In this document: in pieces, positions 13,269-27,024 of the stretch | How the letters are laid out: each line of letters opens with the position of its first letter | How positions within the stretch are numbered: the stretch's first letter is position 1 | NCBI GenBank assembly: GCA_030390025.1 | Contig: CM059438.1 | Location: 56,794,001-56,858,000 of the forward strand | Direction: 5' to 3' | Length of the DNA: 64,000 nucleotides | Source of the DNA: Squalus acanthias | Taxonomy: Eukaryota | The notes under the pieces: model-generated | What the model was told of the DNA's origin: nothing | The model's input: the letters and a program-made list of their open reading frames with translations, nothing else | The model's database searches: none | Made by a program: the position numbers and the translations under genes

Positions 13269-14864
13269 AACATAAGAACATAAGAAATAGGAGCAGGAGT
13301 AGGCCAATCGGCCCCTCGAGCCTGCTCCGCCATTCAATAAGATCATGGCTGATCTGATCCTAACCGCCAATCTACTATCTATCACAGAACCATCTCCTGC
13401 ATCTAACAGAATTGCACACACGAAATAGGAGCAGAATCAGGCTACACAGTCCCTGGGCCCGCTCCACTACCCACAGGGCCATGACCGATCCGAACCTAGA
13501 CTCATGTCCAAATTCCTGCCCGCTCCCCGTAACCCTTAATGCTCTTTACTTCTAGGAAACTGTCTATTTCTGTTTTAAATTTAATTAATGTTGTAGCTTC
13601 TACAGCTTTTTGTGGCAGCATATTCCATGGACCTACCACCCTCTGAGTGAAGTAGTTCCTCCTCATCTCAGTTTTGAAAGAGCAGCCCCTTATTCTAAGA
13701 CTATGTCCCCTAGTTCTCGTCTCACCCGTCATCGGGAACATCCTCCCCGCATCCACCCGATCCAACCCCTTCACAATCTTATATGTTTCAATAAGATCGC
13801 CTCTCATTCTTCTGAACTCCAATGAGTAGAGTCCCAATCTACCCAACCTCTCCTCATATGACCACCCCCTCATCCCCGGGATTAACCGAGTGAACCTTTT
13901 TTGCACTGCCTCGAGAGCAAGGATGTCTTTCCTTAAGTAAGGACACCAAAACTGTATGCAGTATTCCAGGTGCGGTCTCACCAATACCTTGTACAACTGA
14001 AGCAATACCTCCCTATTTTTATATTCTATCCCCCTAGCAATGAAAGCCAACATTCCATTTGCCTTCTTAATCACTTGCTGCACCTGCATACTAACCTTTT
14101 GAGTTTCGTGCACCAGGACCCCCAGATCCCTTTGCACTTCAGTACTCTCCAGTTTCTTGCCATTAAGATAATAAATTGCTCTAGGATTTTTCCTGCCAAA
14201 GTGCATCACCTCACACTTTCCAGTGTTGTATTCCATCTGCCAAATCTCTGCCCACTTACTTAGCCTGTCTATGTCCCCTTGCAGGTTTTTTATGTCCTCC
14301 TCACTCACTACTTTCCCTCCCATCTTTGTATCATCTGCAAATTTTGATATGTTACACTTGGTCCCTTCCTCCAAATCGTTAATATAGATTGTGAAGAGTT
14401 GGGGACCCAGCACTGACCCCTGTGGAACACCACTAGTTACTGATTGCCAGTCTGAGAATGAACCATTTATCCCAACTCTTTGCTTTCTGTTAGATAGCCA
14501 ATCCTCTATCCATGCCAGAATATTACCCCCAATCCCGTGATTTTTTACCTTAAGCAATAATCTTTTGTGTGGCACCTTGTCAAATGCCTTTTGGAAGTCT
14601 AAATACACTACGTCCACTGGTTCCCCTTTATCCACTCTATATGTTACTTCCTCAAAGAACTCCAGCAAATTTGTCAAACATGACTTCCCCTTCGTAAAAC
14701 CATGCTGACTTTGTCCTATTAAATTATGATCATCCAAATGTCCTGTTACTGTTTCCTTAATAATGGACTCCAAAATTTTACCTACCACAGATGTTAGGCT
14801 AACCGGTCTATAGTTACCAGCCTTCTGTCTACTGCCCTTTTTAAATAAGGGTGTTACATTAGCA
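13269..14864 (-). mobile_element. Young 5'-truncated CR1 with an uninterrupted RT/C-terminal frame (~450 aa), inserted in the satellite
   Basis: ANVTPLFKKG...FADDTK...YGERAGIWT* with no stops; (cataagaa)n tail; possible short gaag target duplication. Confidence 0.95.
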
Positions 14865-15325
14865 GAAGGAGAGAGAGAGAGAGGCCGCGATCGACAGGAA
14901 GGAGAGAGAGAGAGAGGCCGCGATCGACAGGAAAGAGAGAGAGAGAGAGAGAGAGAGAGGCCGCGATCGACAGGAATGAGAGAGAGAGGCCGCGATCGAC
15001 AGGAAGGAGAGAGAGAGAGGCCGCGATCGACAGGAAGGAGAGAGAGGCCGCGATCGACAGGAAGGAGAGAGAGGCCGCGATCGGCAGGAGGGAGAGAGAG
15101 GCCGCGATCGACAGGAAGGAGAGAGAGAGAGAGAGAGAGAGGCCGCGATCGACAGGAAGGAGAGAGAGAGAGAGGCCGCGATCGACAGGAATGATAGAGA
15201 GAGAGAGGCCGCGATCGGCAGGAGGGAGAGAGAGAGAGGCCGCGATCGACAGGAAGGAGAGAGAGAGAGAGCCGCGATCGACAGGAAGGAGAGAGAGAGA
15301 GAGAGAGAGAGGCCGCGATCGACAG

Positions 15326-15358
<33 letters not shown>

Positions 15359-16197
15359 GCTGCGATCGACAGGAAGGAGAGAGAGAGAGGCCGCGATCGA
15401 CAGGAAGGAGAGAGAGAGAGGCCGCGATCGACAGGAAGGAGAGAGGCCGCGATCGACAGGAAGGAGAGAGAGAGAGGCCGCGATCGACAGGAAGGAGAGA
15501 GAGAGAGGCCGCGATCGACAGGAAGGAGAGAGAGAGAGGCCGCGATCGACGGGAGGGAGAGAGAGGCCGCGATCGACAGGAGGGAGAGAGAGAGAGAGAG
15601 GCCGCGATCGACAGGAAGGAGAGAGAGAGGCGCCGCGATCGACAGGAAGGAGAGAGAGAGAGAGGCGCCGCGATCGACAGGAAGGAGAGAGAGAGAGAGG
15701 CGCCGCGATCGACAGGAAGGAGAGAGAGAGAGGCGCCGCGATCGACAGGAAGGAGAGAGAGATAGGCCGCGATCGACAGGAAGGAGAGAGAGAGAGGCCG
15801 CGATCGACAGGAAGGAGAGAGAGAGAGGCCGCGATCGACAGGAAGGAGAGAGAGAGAGGCCGCGATCGACAGGAAGGAGAGAGAGAGAGAGGCCGCGATC
15901 GACAGGAAGGAGAGAGAGAGAGAGGCCGCGATCGACAGGAAGGAGAGAGAGAGAGGCCGCGATCGACAGGAAGGAGAGAGAGAGAGGCCGCGATCGACAG
16001 GAAGGAGAGAGAGAGAGGCCGCGATCGACAGGAAGGAGAGAGAGAGAGGCCGCGATCGACAGGAAGGAGAGAGAGAGAGAGGCCGCGATCGGCAGGAGGG
16101 AGAGAGAGGCCGCGATCGACAGGAAGGAGAGAGAGAGAGAGAGAGAGGCCGCGATCGACAGGAAGGAGAGAGAGAGAGAGGCCGCGATCGACAGGAA

Positions 16198-16229
<32 letters not shown>

Positions 16230-16276
16230 GCCGCGATCGGCAGGAGGGAGAGAGAGAGAGGCCGCGATCGACAGGA

Positions 16277-16312
<36 letters not shown>

Positions 16313-16402
16313 CCGCGATCGACAGGAAGGAGAGAGAGAGAGAGCCGCGATCGACAGGAAGGAGAGAGAGAGAGAGAGAGAGAGAGAGGCCGCGATCGAC
16401 AG

Positions 16403-16435
<33 letters not shown>

Positions 16436-18551
16436 GCTGCGATCGACAGGAAGGAGAGAGAGAGAGGCCGCGATCGACAGGAAGGAGAGAGAGAGAGGCC
16501 GCGATCGACAGGAAGGAGAGAGGCCGCGATCGACAGGAAGGAGAGAGAGAGAGGCCGCGATCGACAGGAAGGAGAGAGAGAGAGGCCGCGATCGACAGGA
16601 AGGAGAGAGAGAGAGGCCGCGATCGACAGGAAGGAGAGAGAGAGAGAGAGAGAGAGGCCGCGATCGACAGGAGGGAGAGAGAGAGAGGCCGCGATCGACG
16701 GGAGGGAGAGAGAGGCCGCGATCGACAGGAGGGAGAGAGAGAGAGAGAGGCCGCGATCGACAGGAAGGAGAGAGAGAGAGGCCCGCGATCGACAGGAAGG
16801 AGAGAGAGAGAGAGGCGCCGCGATCGACAGGAAGGAGAGAGAGAGAGAGGCGCCGCGATCGACAGGAAGGAGAGAGAGAGAGGGCGCCGCGATTCGACAG
16901 GAAGGAGAGAGAGAGAGGGCCGCGATCGACAGAAGGAGAGAGAGAGAGGCCGCGATCGACAGGGGAGAGGAGAGAGAGAGAGGCCGCGAGTCGACAGGAG
17001 GAAGAGAGAGAGAGAGGCCGCGATCGACAGGAAGGAGAGAGAGAGAGAGGCCGCGATACGACAGGAAGGGAGAGAGAGAGGAGGCCGCGATCGACAGGAA
17101 GGAGAGAGAGAGAGGCCGCGATCGACAGAAGAGAGAGAGAGAGGCCGCATCGACAGGAAGAGGAGAGAGAGAGAGGCCGCGATCGACAGGAAGGAGAGAG
17201 AGAGGCCGCGATCGACAGGAAGGAGAGAGAGGCCCGATCGACAGGAGAGAGGAGAGAGAGAGAGGCCGCGATCGACAGGAAGGAGAGGGAGAGAGAGAGA
17301 GGCCGCGATCGACAGGAAGGAGAGGGAGAGAGAGAGAGGCCGTGATCGACAGGAAGGAGAAGAGAGAGGCCGTGATCGACAGGAAGGAGAGAGAGAGAGG
17401 CCGCGATCGACAGGAGGGAGAGAGAGAGAGGCCGCGAGTCGACAGGAAGGAGAGAAAGAGGCGCCTGATCGACAGAGGGGAGAGAGAGAGAGGCCGCGAT
17501 CGACAGGAGGAGAGAGAGAGAGGCCGTGATCGACAGGAAGGAGAGAGAGAGAGGCCGTGATCGACAGAAGGAGAGAGAGAGAGAGGCCGCGATCGACAGG
17601 AAGGAGAGAGAGAGGCCGCGATCGACAGGAAGGAGAGAGAGGCCGCGATCGACAGGAAGGAGAGAGAGAGAGAGAGAGAGGCCGCGATCGACAGGAAGGA
17701 GAGAGAGAGAGGCCGCGATCGACAGGAAGGAGAGAGAGAGGCCGCGATCGACAGGAGGGAGAGAGAGGCCGCGATCGACAGGAAGGAGAGAGAGGCGCGC
17801 CATGATCGACAGGAAGGAGAGAGAGGCCGCGATCGACAGGAGGGAGAGAGAGACCGCGATCGACAGGAGGGAGAGAGAGAGAGGCCGTGATCGACAGGAG
17901 GGAGAGAGAGAGAGGCCGTGATCGACAGGAGGGAGAGAGAGAGAGAGAGAGGCCGCGATCGACAGGAAGGAGAGAGAGAGAGAGGCCGCGATCGACAGGA
18001 AGGAGAGAGGCCGCGATCGACAGGAGGGAGAGAGAGAGAGGCCGCGATCGACAGGAAGGAGAGAGAGGCCGCAATCGACAGGAAGGAGAGAGGCGCCGCG
18101 ATCGACAGGAAGGAGAGGCCGCGATCGACAGGAGGGAGAGCGAGAGAGGCCGCGATCGACAGGAGGGAGAGCGAGAGAGGCCGCGATCGACAGGAGGGAG
18201 AGCGAGAGAGGCCGCGATCGACAGGAGGGAGAGCGAGAGAGGCCGCGATCGACAGGAGGGAGAGAGAGAGGCCGCGATCGACAGGAGGGAGAGAGAGAGG
18301 CCGCGATCGACAGGAGGGAGAGAGAGAGGCCGCGATCGACAGGAGGGAGAGAGAGAGGCCGCGATCGACAGGAGGGAGAGAGAGAGGCCGCGATCGACAG
18401 GAGGGAGAGAGAGAGGCCGCGATCGACAGGAGGGAGAGAGAGAGGCCGCGATCGACAGGAGGGAGAGAGAGGCCGTGATCGACAGGAGAGAGGGAGAGAG
18501 AGGCCGTGATCGACAGGAGAGAGCGAGAGAGAGGCCGCGATCGACAGGAGG

Positions 18552-18585
<34 letters not shown>

Positions 18586-18696
18586 GAGAGGCCGCGATCG
18601 ACAGGAGGGAGAGAGAGAGGCCGCGATCGACAGGAGGGAGCGAGAGAGGGGCCGCGATCGACAGGAGGGGAGAGAGAGAGGGGCCGCGATCGACAG

Positions 18697-18742
<46 letters not shown>

Positions 18743-21611
18743 CCGCAATCGACAGGAGGGAGCGAGAGAGAGGCCGCGATCGACAGGAGGGAGCGAGAGA
18801 GAGGCCGCGATCGACAGGAGGGAGCGAGAGAGAGGCCGCGATCGACAGGAGGGAGCGAGAGAGAGGCCGCGATCGACAGGAGGGAGCGAGAGAGAGGCCG
18901 CGATCGACAGGAGGGAGCGAGAGAGAGGCCGCGATCGACAGGAGGGAGCGAGAGAGAGGCCGCGATCGACAGGAGGGAGCGAGAGAGAGGCCGCGATCGA
19001 CAGGAGGGAGCGAGAGAGAGGCCGCGATCGACAGGAGGGAGCGAGAGAGAGGCCGCGATCGACAGGAGGGAGCGAGAGAGAGGCCGCGATCGACAGGAGG
19101 GAGCGAGAGAGAGGCCGCGATCGACAGGAGGGAGCGAGAGAGAGGCCGCGATCGACAGGAGGGAGCGAGAGAGAGGCCGCGATCGACAGGAGGGAGAGAG
19201 AGAGAGGCCGCGATCGACAGGAGGGAGAGAGAGAGAGGCCGCGATCGACAGGAGGGAGAGAGAGAGAGGCCGCGATCGACAGGAGGGAGAGAGAGAGAGG
19301 CCGCGATCGACAGGAAGGAGAGAGGCCGCGATCGACAGGAAGGAGAGAGAGAGAGGCCGCGATCGACAGGAAGGAGAGAGAGAGAGGCCGCGATCGACAG
19401 GAAGGAGAGAGAGAGAGGCCGCGATCGACAGGAAGGAGAGAGAGAGAGAGAGAGAGAGGCCGCGATCGACAGGAGGGAGAGAGAGAGAGGCCGCGATCGA
19501 CAGGAGGGAGAGAGAGGCCGCGATCGACAGGAGGGAGAGAGAGAGAGAGGCCGCGATCGACAGGAAGGAGAGAGAGAGAGGCGCCGCGATCGACAGGAAG
19601 GAGAGAGAGAGAGGCGCCGCGATCGACAGGAAGGAGAGAGAGAGAGGCCGCGATCGACAGGAAGGAGAGAGAGAGAGGCCGCGATCGACAGGAAGGAGAG
19701 AGAGAGAGGCCGCGATCGACAGGAAGGAGAGAGAGAGAGGTCGCGATCGACAGGAAGGAGAGAGAGAGAGGCCGCGATCGACAGGAAGGAGAGAGAGAGA
19801 GAGGCCGCGATCGACAGGAAGGAGAGAGAGAGAGAGGCCGCGATCGACAGGAAGGAGAGAGAGAGAGGCCGCGATCGACAGGAAGGAGAGAGAGAGAGGC
19901 CGCGATCGACAGGAAGGAGAGAGAGAGAGGCCGCGATCGACAGGAAGGAGAGAGAGAGAGGCCGCGATCGACAGGAAGGAGAGAGAGAGAGGCCGCGATC
20001 GACAGGAAGGAGAGAGAGAGGCCGCGATCGACAGGAAGGAGAGAGAGAGAGGCCGCGATCGACAGGAAGGAGAGAGAGAGAGGCCGCGATCGACAGGAAG
20101 GAGAGGGAGAGAGAGAGAGGCCGCGATCGACAGGAAGGAGAGGGAGAGAGAGAGAGGCCGCGATCGACAGGAAGGAGAGGGAGAGAGAGAGAGGCCGCGA
20201 TCGACAGGAAGGAGAGGGAGAGAGAGAGAGGCCGCGATCGACAGGAAGGAGAGGGAGAGAGAGAGAGGCCGCGATCGACAGGAAGGAGAGGGAGAGAGAG
20301 AGAGGCCGTGATCGACAGGAAGGAGAGAGAGAGAGGCCGCGATCGACAGGAAGGAGAGAGAGAGAGGCCGCGATCGACAGGAAGGAGAGAGAGGCCGCGA
20401 TCGACAGGAAGGAGAGAGAGAGGCGCCATGATCGACAGGAGGGAGAGAGAGAGGCCGCGATCGACAGGAGGGAGAGAGAGAGAGGCCGTGATCGACAGGA
20501 AGGAGAGAGAGAGAGGCCGTGATCGACAGAAGGGAGAGAGAGAGAGAGGCCGCGATCGACAGGAAGGAGAGAGAGAGAGGCCGCGATCGACAGGAAGGAG
20601 AGAGAGAGAGGCCGCGATCGACAGGAAGGAGAGAGAGGCCGCGATCGACAGGAAGGAGAGAGAGAGAGAGAGAGAGAGGCCGCGATCGACAGGAAGGAGA
20701 GAGAGAGAGGCCGCGATCGACAGGAAGGAGAGAGAGAGAGGCCGCGATCGACAGGAGGGAGAGAGAGGCCGCGATCGACAGGAAGGAGAGAGAGGCGCGC
20801 CATGATCGACAGGAAGGAGAGAGAGGCCGCGATCGACAGGAGGGAGAGAGAGACCGCGATCGACAGGAGGGAGAGAGAGAGAGGCCGTGATCGACAGGAG
20901 GGAGAGAGAGAGAGAGAGAGAGAGAGGCCGCGATCGACAGGAAGGAGAGAGAGAGAGAGGCCGCGATCGACAGGAAGGAGAGAGGCCGCGATCGACAGGA
21001 GGGAGAGAGAGAGAGGCCGCGATCGACAGGAAGGAGAGAGAGAGGCCGCGATCGACAGGAAGGAGAGGCCGCGATCGACAGGAAGGAGAGAGAGGCCGCG
21101 ATCGACAGGAAGGAGAGGCCGCGATCGACAGGAGGGAGAGCGAGAGAGGCCGCGATCGACAGGAGGGAGAGCGAGAGAGGCCGCGATCGACAGGAGGGAG
21201 AGCGAGAGAGGCCGCGATCGACAGGAGGGAGAGAGAGAGGCCGCGATCGACAGGAGGGAGAGAGAGAGGCCGCGATCGACAGGAGGGAGAGAGAGAGGCC
21301 GCGATCGACAGGAGGGAGAGAGAGAGGCCGCGATCGACAGGAGGGAGAGAGAGAGGCCGCGATCGACAGGAGGGAGAGAGAGGCCGTGATCGACAGGAGA
21401 GAGGGAGAGGCCGTGATCGACAGGAGAGAGGGAGAGAGAGAGGCCGCGATCGACAGGAGGGAGAGAGAGAGAGAGGCCGCGATCGACAGGAGGGAGAGAG
21501 AGAGGCCGCGATCGACAGGAGGGAGCGAGAGAGGGGCCGCGATCGACAGGAGGGAGAGAGAGAGGGGCCGCGATCGACAGGAGGGAGAGAGAGAGAGGCC
21601 GCGATCGACAG

Positions 21612-21649
<38 letters not shown>

Positions 21650-24084
21650 CCGCAATCGACAGGAGGGAGCGAGAGAGAGGCCGCGATCGACAGGAGGGAG
21701 CGAGAGAGAGGCCGCGATCGACAGGAGGGAGCGAGAGAGAGGCCGCGATCGACAGGAGGGAGCGAGAGAGAGGCCGCGATCGACAGGAGGGAGCGAGAGA
21801 GAGGCCGCGATCGACAGGAGGGAGCGAGAGAGAGGCCGCGATCGACAGGAGGGAGCGAGAGAGAGGCCGCGATCGACAGGAGGGAGCGAGAGAGAGGCCG
21901 CGATCGACAGGAGGGAGCGAGAGAGAGAGGCCGCGATCGACAGGAGGGAGCGAGAGAGAGAGGCCGCGATCGACAGGAGGGAGCGAGAGAGAGGCCGCGA
22001 TCGACAGGAGGGAGCGAGAGAGAGGCCGCGATCGACAGGAGGGAGCGAGAGAGAGGCCGCGATCGACAGGAGGGAGCGAGAGAGAGGCCGCGATCGACAG
22101 GAGGGAGCGAGAGAGAGGCCGCGATCGACAGGAGGGAGCGAGAGAGAGGCCGCGATCGACAGGAGGGAGAGAGAGAGAGGCCGCGATCGACAGGAGGGAG
22201 AGAGAGAGAGGCCGCGATCGACAGGAGGGAGAGAGAGAGAGGCCGCGATCGACAGGAGGGAGAGAGAGAGAGGCCGCGATCGACAGGAGGGAGAGAGAGA
22301 GAGGCCGCGATCGACAGGAGGGAGAGAGAGAGAGAGGCCGCGATCGACAGGAGGGAGAGAGAGAGGCCGCGATCGACAGGAAGGAGAGAGAGAGGCCGCG
22401 ATCGACAGGAGGGAGAGAGAGGCCGCGATCGACAGGAGGGAGAGAGAGGCCGCGATCGACAGGAGGGAGAGAGAGAGAGGCCGCGATCGACAGGAGGGAG
22501 AGAGAGAGAGGCCGCGATCGACAGGAGGGAGAGAGAGAGAGGCCGCGATCGACAGGAGGGAGAGAGAGAGAGGCCGCGATCGACAGGAGAGAGAGAGAGA
22601 GAGAGGCCGCGATCGACAGGAGGGAGAGAGAGAGAGGCCGCGATCGACAGGAGGGAGAGAGAGAGGCCGCGATCGACAGGAAGGAGAGAGAGAGGCCGCG
22701 ATCGACAGGAAGGAGAGAGAGAGGCCGCGATCGACAGGAGGGAGAGAGAGAGAGGCCGCGATCGACAGGAGGGAGAGAGAGAGAGAGGCCGCGATCGACA
22801 GGAGGGAGAGAGAGAGAGGCCGCGATCGACAGGAGGGAGCGAGAGAGAGGCCGCGATCGACAGGAGGGAGCGAGAGAGAGGCCGCGATCGACAGGAGGGA
22901 GCGAGAGAGAGGCCGCGATCGACAGGAGGGAGCGAGAGAGAGGCCGCGATCGACAGGAGGGAGAGAGAGAGAGGCCGCGATCGACAGGAGGGAGAGAGAG
23001 AGAGGCCGCGATCGACAGGAGGGAGAGAGAGAGAGGCCGCGATCGACAGGAGGGAGAGAGAGAGAGGCCGCGATCGACAGGAGGGAGAGAGAGAGAGGCC
23101 GCGATCGACAGGAGGGAGAGAGAGAGAGGCCGCGATCGACAGGAGGGAGAGAGAGAGAGGCCGCGATCGACAGGAGGGAGAGAGAGAGAGGCCGCGATCG
23201 ACAGGAGGGAGAGAGAGAGAGGCCGCGATCGACAGGAGGGAGAGAGAGAGAGGCCGCGATCGACAGGAGGGAGAGAGAGAGAGGCCGCGATCGACAGGAG
23301 GAGAGAGAGAGAGGCCGCGATCGACAGGAGGGAGAGAGAGAGGCCGCGATCGACAGGAGGGAGAGAGAGAGGCCGCGATCGACAGGAGGGAGAGAGAGAG
23401 AGGCCGCGATCGACAGGAGGGAGAGAGAGAGAGGCCGCGATCGACAGGAGGGAGAGAGAGAGAGGCCGCGATCGACAGGAGGGAGAGAGAGAGAGGCCGC
23501 GATCGACAGGAGGGAGAGAGAGAGAGGCCGCGATCGACAGGAGGGAGAGAGAGAGGCCGCGATCGACAGGAAGGAGAGAGAGAGGCCGCGATCGACAGGA
23601 GGAGAGAGAGAGGCCGCGATCGACAGGAGGGAGAGAGAGAGGCCGCGATCGACAGGAGGGAGAGAGAGAGAGGCCGCGATCGACAGGAGGAGAGAGAGAG
23701 AGAGGCCGCGATCGACAGGAGGGAGAGAGAGAGAGGCCGCGATCGACAGGAGGGAGAGAGAGAGAGGCCGCGATCGACAGGAGGGAGAGAGAGAGAGGCC
23801 GCGATCGACAGGAGGGAGAGAGAGAGAGGCCGCGATCGACAGGAGGGAGAGAGAGAGAGGCCGCGATCGACAGGAGGGAGAGAGAGAGAGGCCGCGATCG
23901 ACAGGAGGGAGAGAGAGGGGCCGCGATCGACAGGAGAGAGAGAGAGAGAGAGGCCGCGATCGACAGGAGGGAGAGAGGCGCCGCGATCGACAGGAAGGAG
24001 AGACAGAGAGGCCGCGATCGACAGGAGGGAGAGAGAGAGAGGCCGCGATCGACAGGAGGGCGGGAGAGAGAGGCCGTGATCGGC

Positions 24085-24120
<36 letters not shown>
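14865..24120. repeat. Satellite, right block (~9.2 kb), same core and (GA)n spacer
   Basis: Tandem array read directly; variant units recur in higher-order blocks. Confidence 0.97.
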
Positions 24121-24121
<1 letters not shown>

Positions 24122-24705
24122 AGAAAGGCAGGAGGGAGAGAGAGATAGAGAGAGGCAGGAGGGAGACCGAAGGTTTCCTTGAGGTGCCGGGTGAGTGGGA
24201 GGCACTCCTGCTCCTCCTGACCCACAAGGAGTGCTGAAAGAGGCAGCCCCGCCTCCCTTTCACTGCCGAGTTTCCGGAGCCCTGGGAAACCCGGCCGGCA
24301 GCTGTTAAAGTTAAATCACGCTCCCAATTGCACTGTGGGAGCCTGATTTAAATATGTTAACAGCCCTTGCTGCCGTAAAAATGGCAGCAGGCCCGTGCAT
24401 GTCGGGTTGGGGTCACATTTGCGTTTCTTATGTCCATCATTGCGGGGAGTGGGGGCAGGTTAATATCAAGCCCAGTGTCTCCATTACCTAATGCCACTGG
24501 GTTCCGTGTTATAGCTCCCTCACACTAACATGACCAGGGGGGATATCCTGGTCCCAGGCTATACCAGGAGTGCACACTGTACGGGGAGGTAAATGTTCCC
24601 TTAGCTGTATTCTACTTAAATTTGGTCCTAAATGCTCAGTGGATCTATTCCCCCCAAAGAATGTGGGCGCAGCACGTTGATGTGGGGCGGTTTCAGCTGG
24701 TGTTA

Positions 24706-24822
<117 letters not shown>

Positions 24823-24996
24823 TCAGAGTAACGGGCGTAGCTCGGCAGCACAGACTATCTGACGGGCAAGCAGTAAAGCAGTGCAGGAGTCACTCCCTCT
24901 TTTCAGTTACAGCTCCATCAGGAAAATACCATCAAGCTGTTCTGTGCATCTGCCCCTCAATCTGTATCTATTAAATTTGGAGTATCGGTGGAAACA

Positions 24997-27005
24997 GCAA
25001 CAACAACAACTTGCATTTATATAGCGCCTTTAACGTAGAAAAACGCCCAAGGCGCTTCCAGGAGCGTTATCAGACAAAATTTGACACCAAGCCACATAAA
25101 GAGATATTAGGGCAGATGACCAAGAGCTTGGTCAAAGAGGTCGGTTTCAGTCAGCATCTTAATGGAGGAGAGAGAGGTAGAGAGGCCGAGAGGTTTAGGG
25201 AGAGAATTCCAGTGCTTAGGGCCTAGGCTGCTGAAGGCACAGCCACCAATGGTGGAGCGATTAAAATTGGCGATGAGCAAGAGGCCAGAATTGGAGGAAT
25301 GCAGAGTTTTCGGAGGGTTGTAGGGCTGGAGGAGGTGACAGAGATAGGGAGGGGCGAGGCCATGGAGAGATTTGAAAACAAGGATGAGAATTTTAAATTT
25401 CAGCCACTGCCGGACCAGGAGCCAATGTAGGTCAGCGAGCACAGGGGTGATAGGTGAACAGGACTTGGTGAGAATTAGGATACGGGCAGCAGAGTTTTGA
25501 TTAGTTTAACGTTACAGAGGGTGGAAGATGGGAGGCCGGCCAAAAGAGCAATGGAATAGTCAAGTCTAGAGGTAACAAAAGCATGGCTGAGGGTTTCAGC
25601 AGCGGATGGGCTGAGGCAGGGGTGGAGTCGGGCGATGTTACGGAGGTGGAAATGGGGGGTCTTAGTGATGCTGCGGATATGTGGACGGAAGCTCAGCTCA
25701 GGGTCAAATACGACACCAAGGTTGCGAACAGTCTGGTTCAGCCTCAGACAGTGGCCAGGGAGAGGGGTGGAGACAGTGGCCAGGGAGAGGGGTGGAGACA
25801 GTGGCCAGGGAGAGGGGTGGAGACAGTGGCCAGGGAGAGGGGTGGAGACAGTGGCCAGGGAGAGGGGTGGAGACAGTGGCCAGGGGGAGGGGTGGAGTCA
25901 GTGGCCAGGGGGAGGGGTGGAGTCAGTGGCCAGGGGGAGGGGTGGAGTCAGTGACCAGGGGGAGGGGTGGAGTCAGTGGCCAGGGGGAGGGGTGGAGTCA
26001 GTGGCCAGGGGGAGGGGTGGAGTCAGTGGCCAGGGGGAGGGGTGGAGTCAGTGGCCAGGGGGAGGGGTGGAGTCAGTGGCCAGGGGGAGGGGTGGAGTCA
26101 GTGGCCAGGGGGAGGGGTGGAGTCAGTGGCCAGGGGGAGGGGTGGAGTCAGTGGCCAGGGGGAGGGGTGGAGTCAGTGGCCAGGGGGAGGGGTGGAGTCA
26201 GTGGCCAGGGGGAGGGATGGAGTCAGTGGCCATGGAAAGTAGTTTATGGCAGAGACCAAAGACAATGGCTTTGGTCTTCCCAGTATTTAATTGGAGGAAA
26301 TTTCTGTTCATCCAGTACTGGATGTCAGACAAGCAGTGTGACAAATAAGAGACAGCGGAGGGGTCGAGAGAGGTGGTGGTGAAGTAGAGCTGGGTGTCAT
26401 CAGAATACGTGTGGAATCTGAGGCTGTGTTTTCGGATGATATCGTCGAGGGGCAGCATGTAGATGAGAAATAGGAGGGGGCCAAGGATAGATCCTTGGGG
26501 GACTCCAGTGGCAACGGTGCGGGAGCGGGAAGAGAAGCCATTGCAGAGATTCTCTGGCTACAACAGGATATATAAGAAGGCAGGGCAGTCCCACCCAGCT
26601 GGACAACGGAGGAGAGGCGTTGGAGGGGGATGGAGTGGTCAACCGTGTCAATGGCTGCAGACAGGTCAAGAAGGATGAGGAGGGATCGCTTACCACAATC
26701 ATAGTCACAAAGGATGTCATTTGTGACTCTGATAAGGGTCGTTTCAGTACTGTGGAAGGGTCAGAAACCTGATTGGAGGGATTCAAAATGGAGTTGCGGG
26801 AAAGTTGAGCTTGGATTTAGGAGGCGATAACACGTTCAAGCACTTGAGAGGAAAGGAAGTTTGGAGATGGGGTGGTAGTTTGTCAGGACAAAAGGGTGAA
26901 AGGTGAGTTTTCTGAGGATGGGGATTTGAAATGGAAGGGGGACAGTACCTGAGGAGAGGAAAAGTCAGAGTTTTTCCTGGAGCTCCCTCCCAATCTCTGA
27001 CCATC
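24997..27005 (-). mobile_element. L2 LINE, degraded 3' part of ORF2
   Basis: LADLHWL...FKIL, YSDDTQLY, GVPQGS-like segment; 3' end ggcgctatataaatgcaag(ttg)n. Confidence 0.88.
25748..26231. repeat. G-rich 25/26-bp minisatellite cagtggccagggggaggggtggagt, ~19 copies, expanded inside the L2
   Basis: Tandem repeat read directly. Confidence 0.95.
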
Positions 27006-27024
27006 AGCATGGGAAGGAAGAAAG

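Noticed and set aside
11283..24120. CRISPR-like array (constant repeat plus variable spacer)
   Set aside because: Spacers are only (GA)n length variants, there are no cas genes, and the context is a vertebrate intron.
13502..24205. 3567-aa ORF fusing a repeat protein to a reverse transcriptase
   Set aside because: The satellite lacks stop codons on the minus strand in all frames, so fusion with the inserted CR1 frame is incidental.
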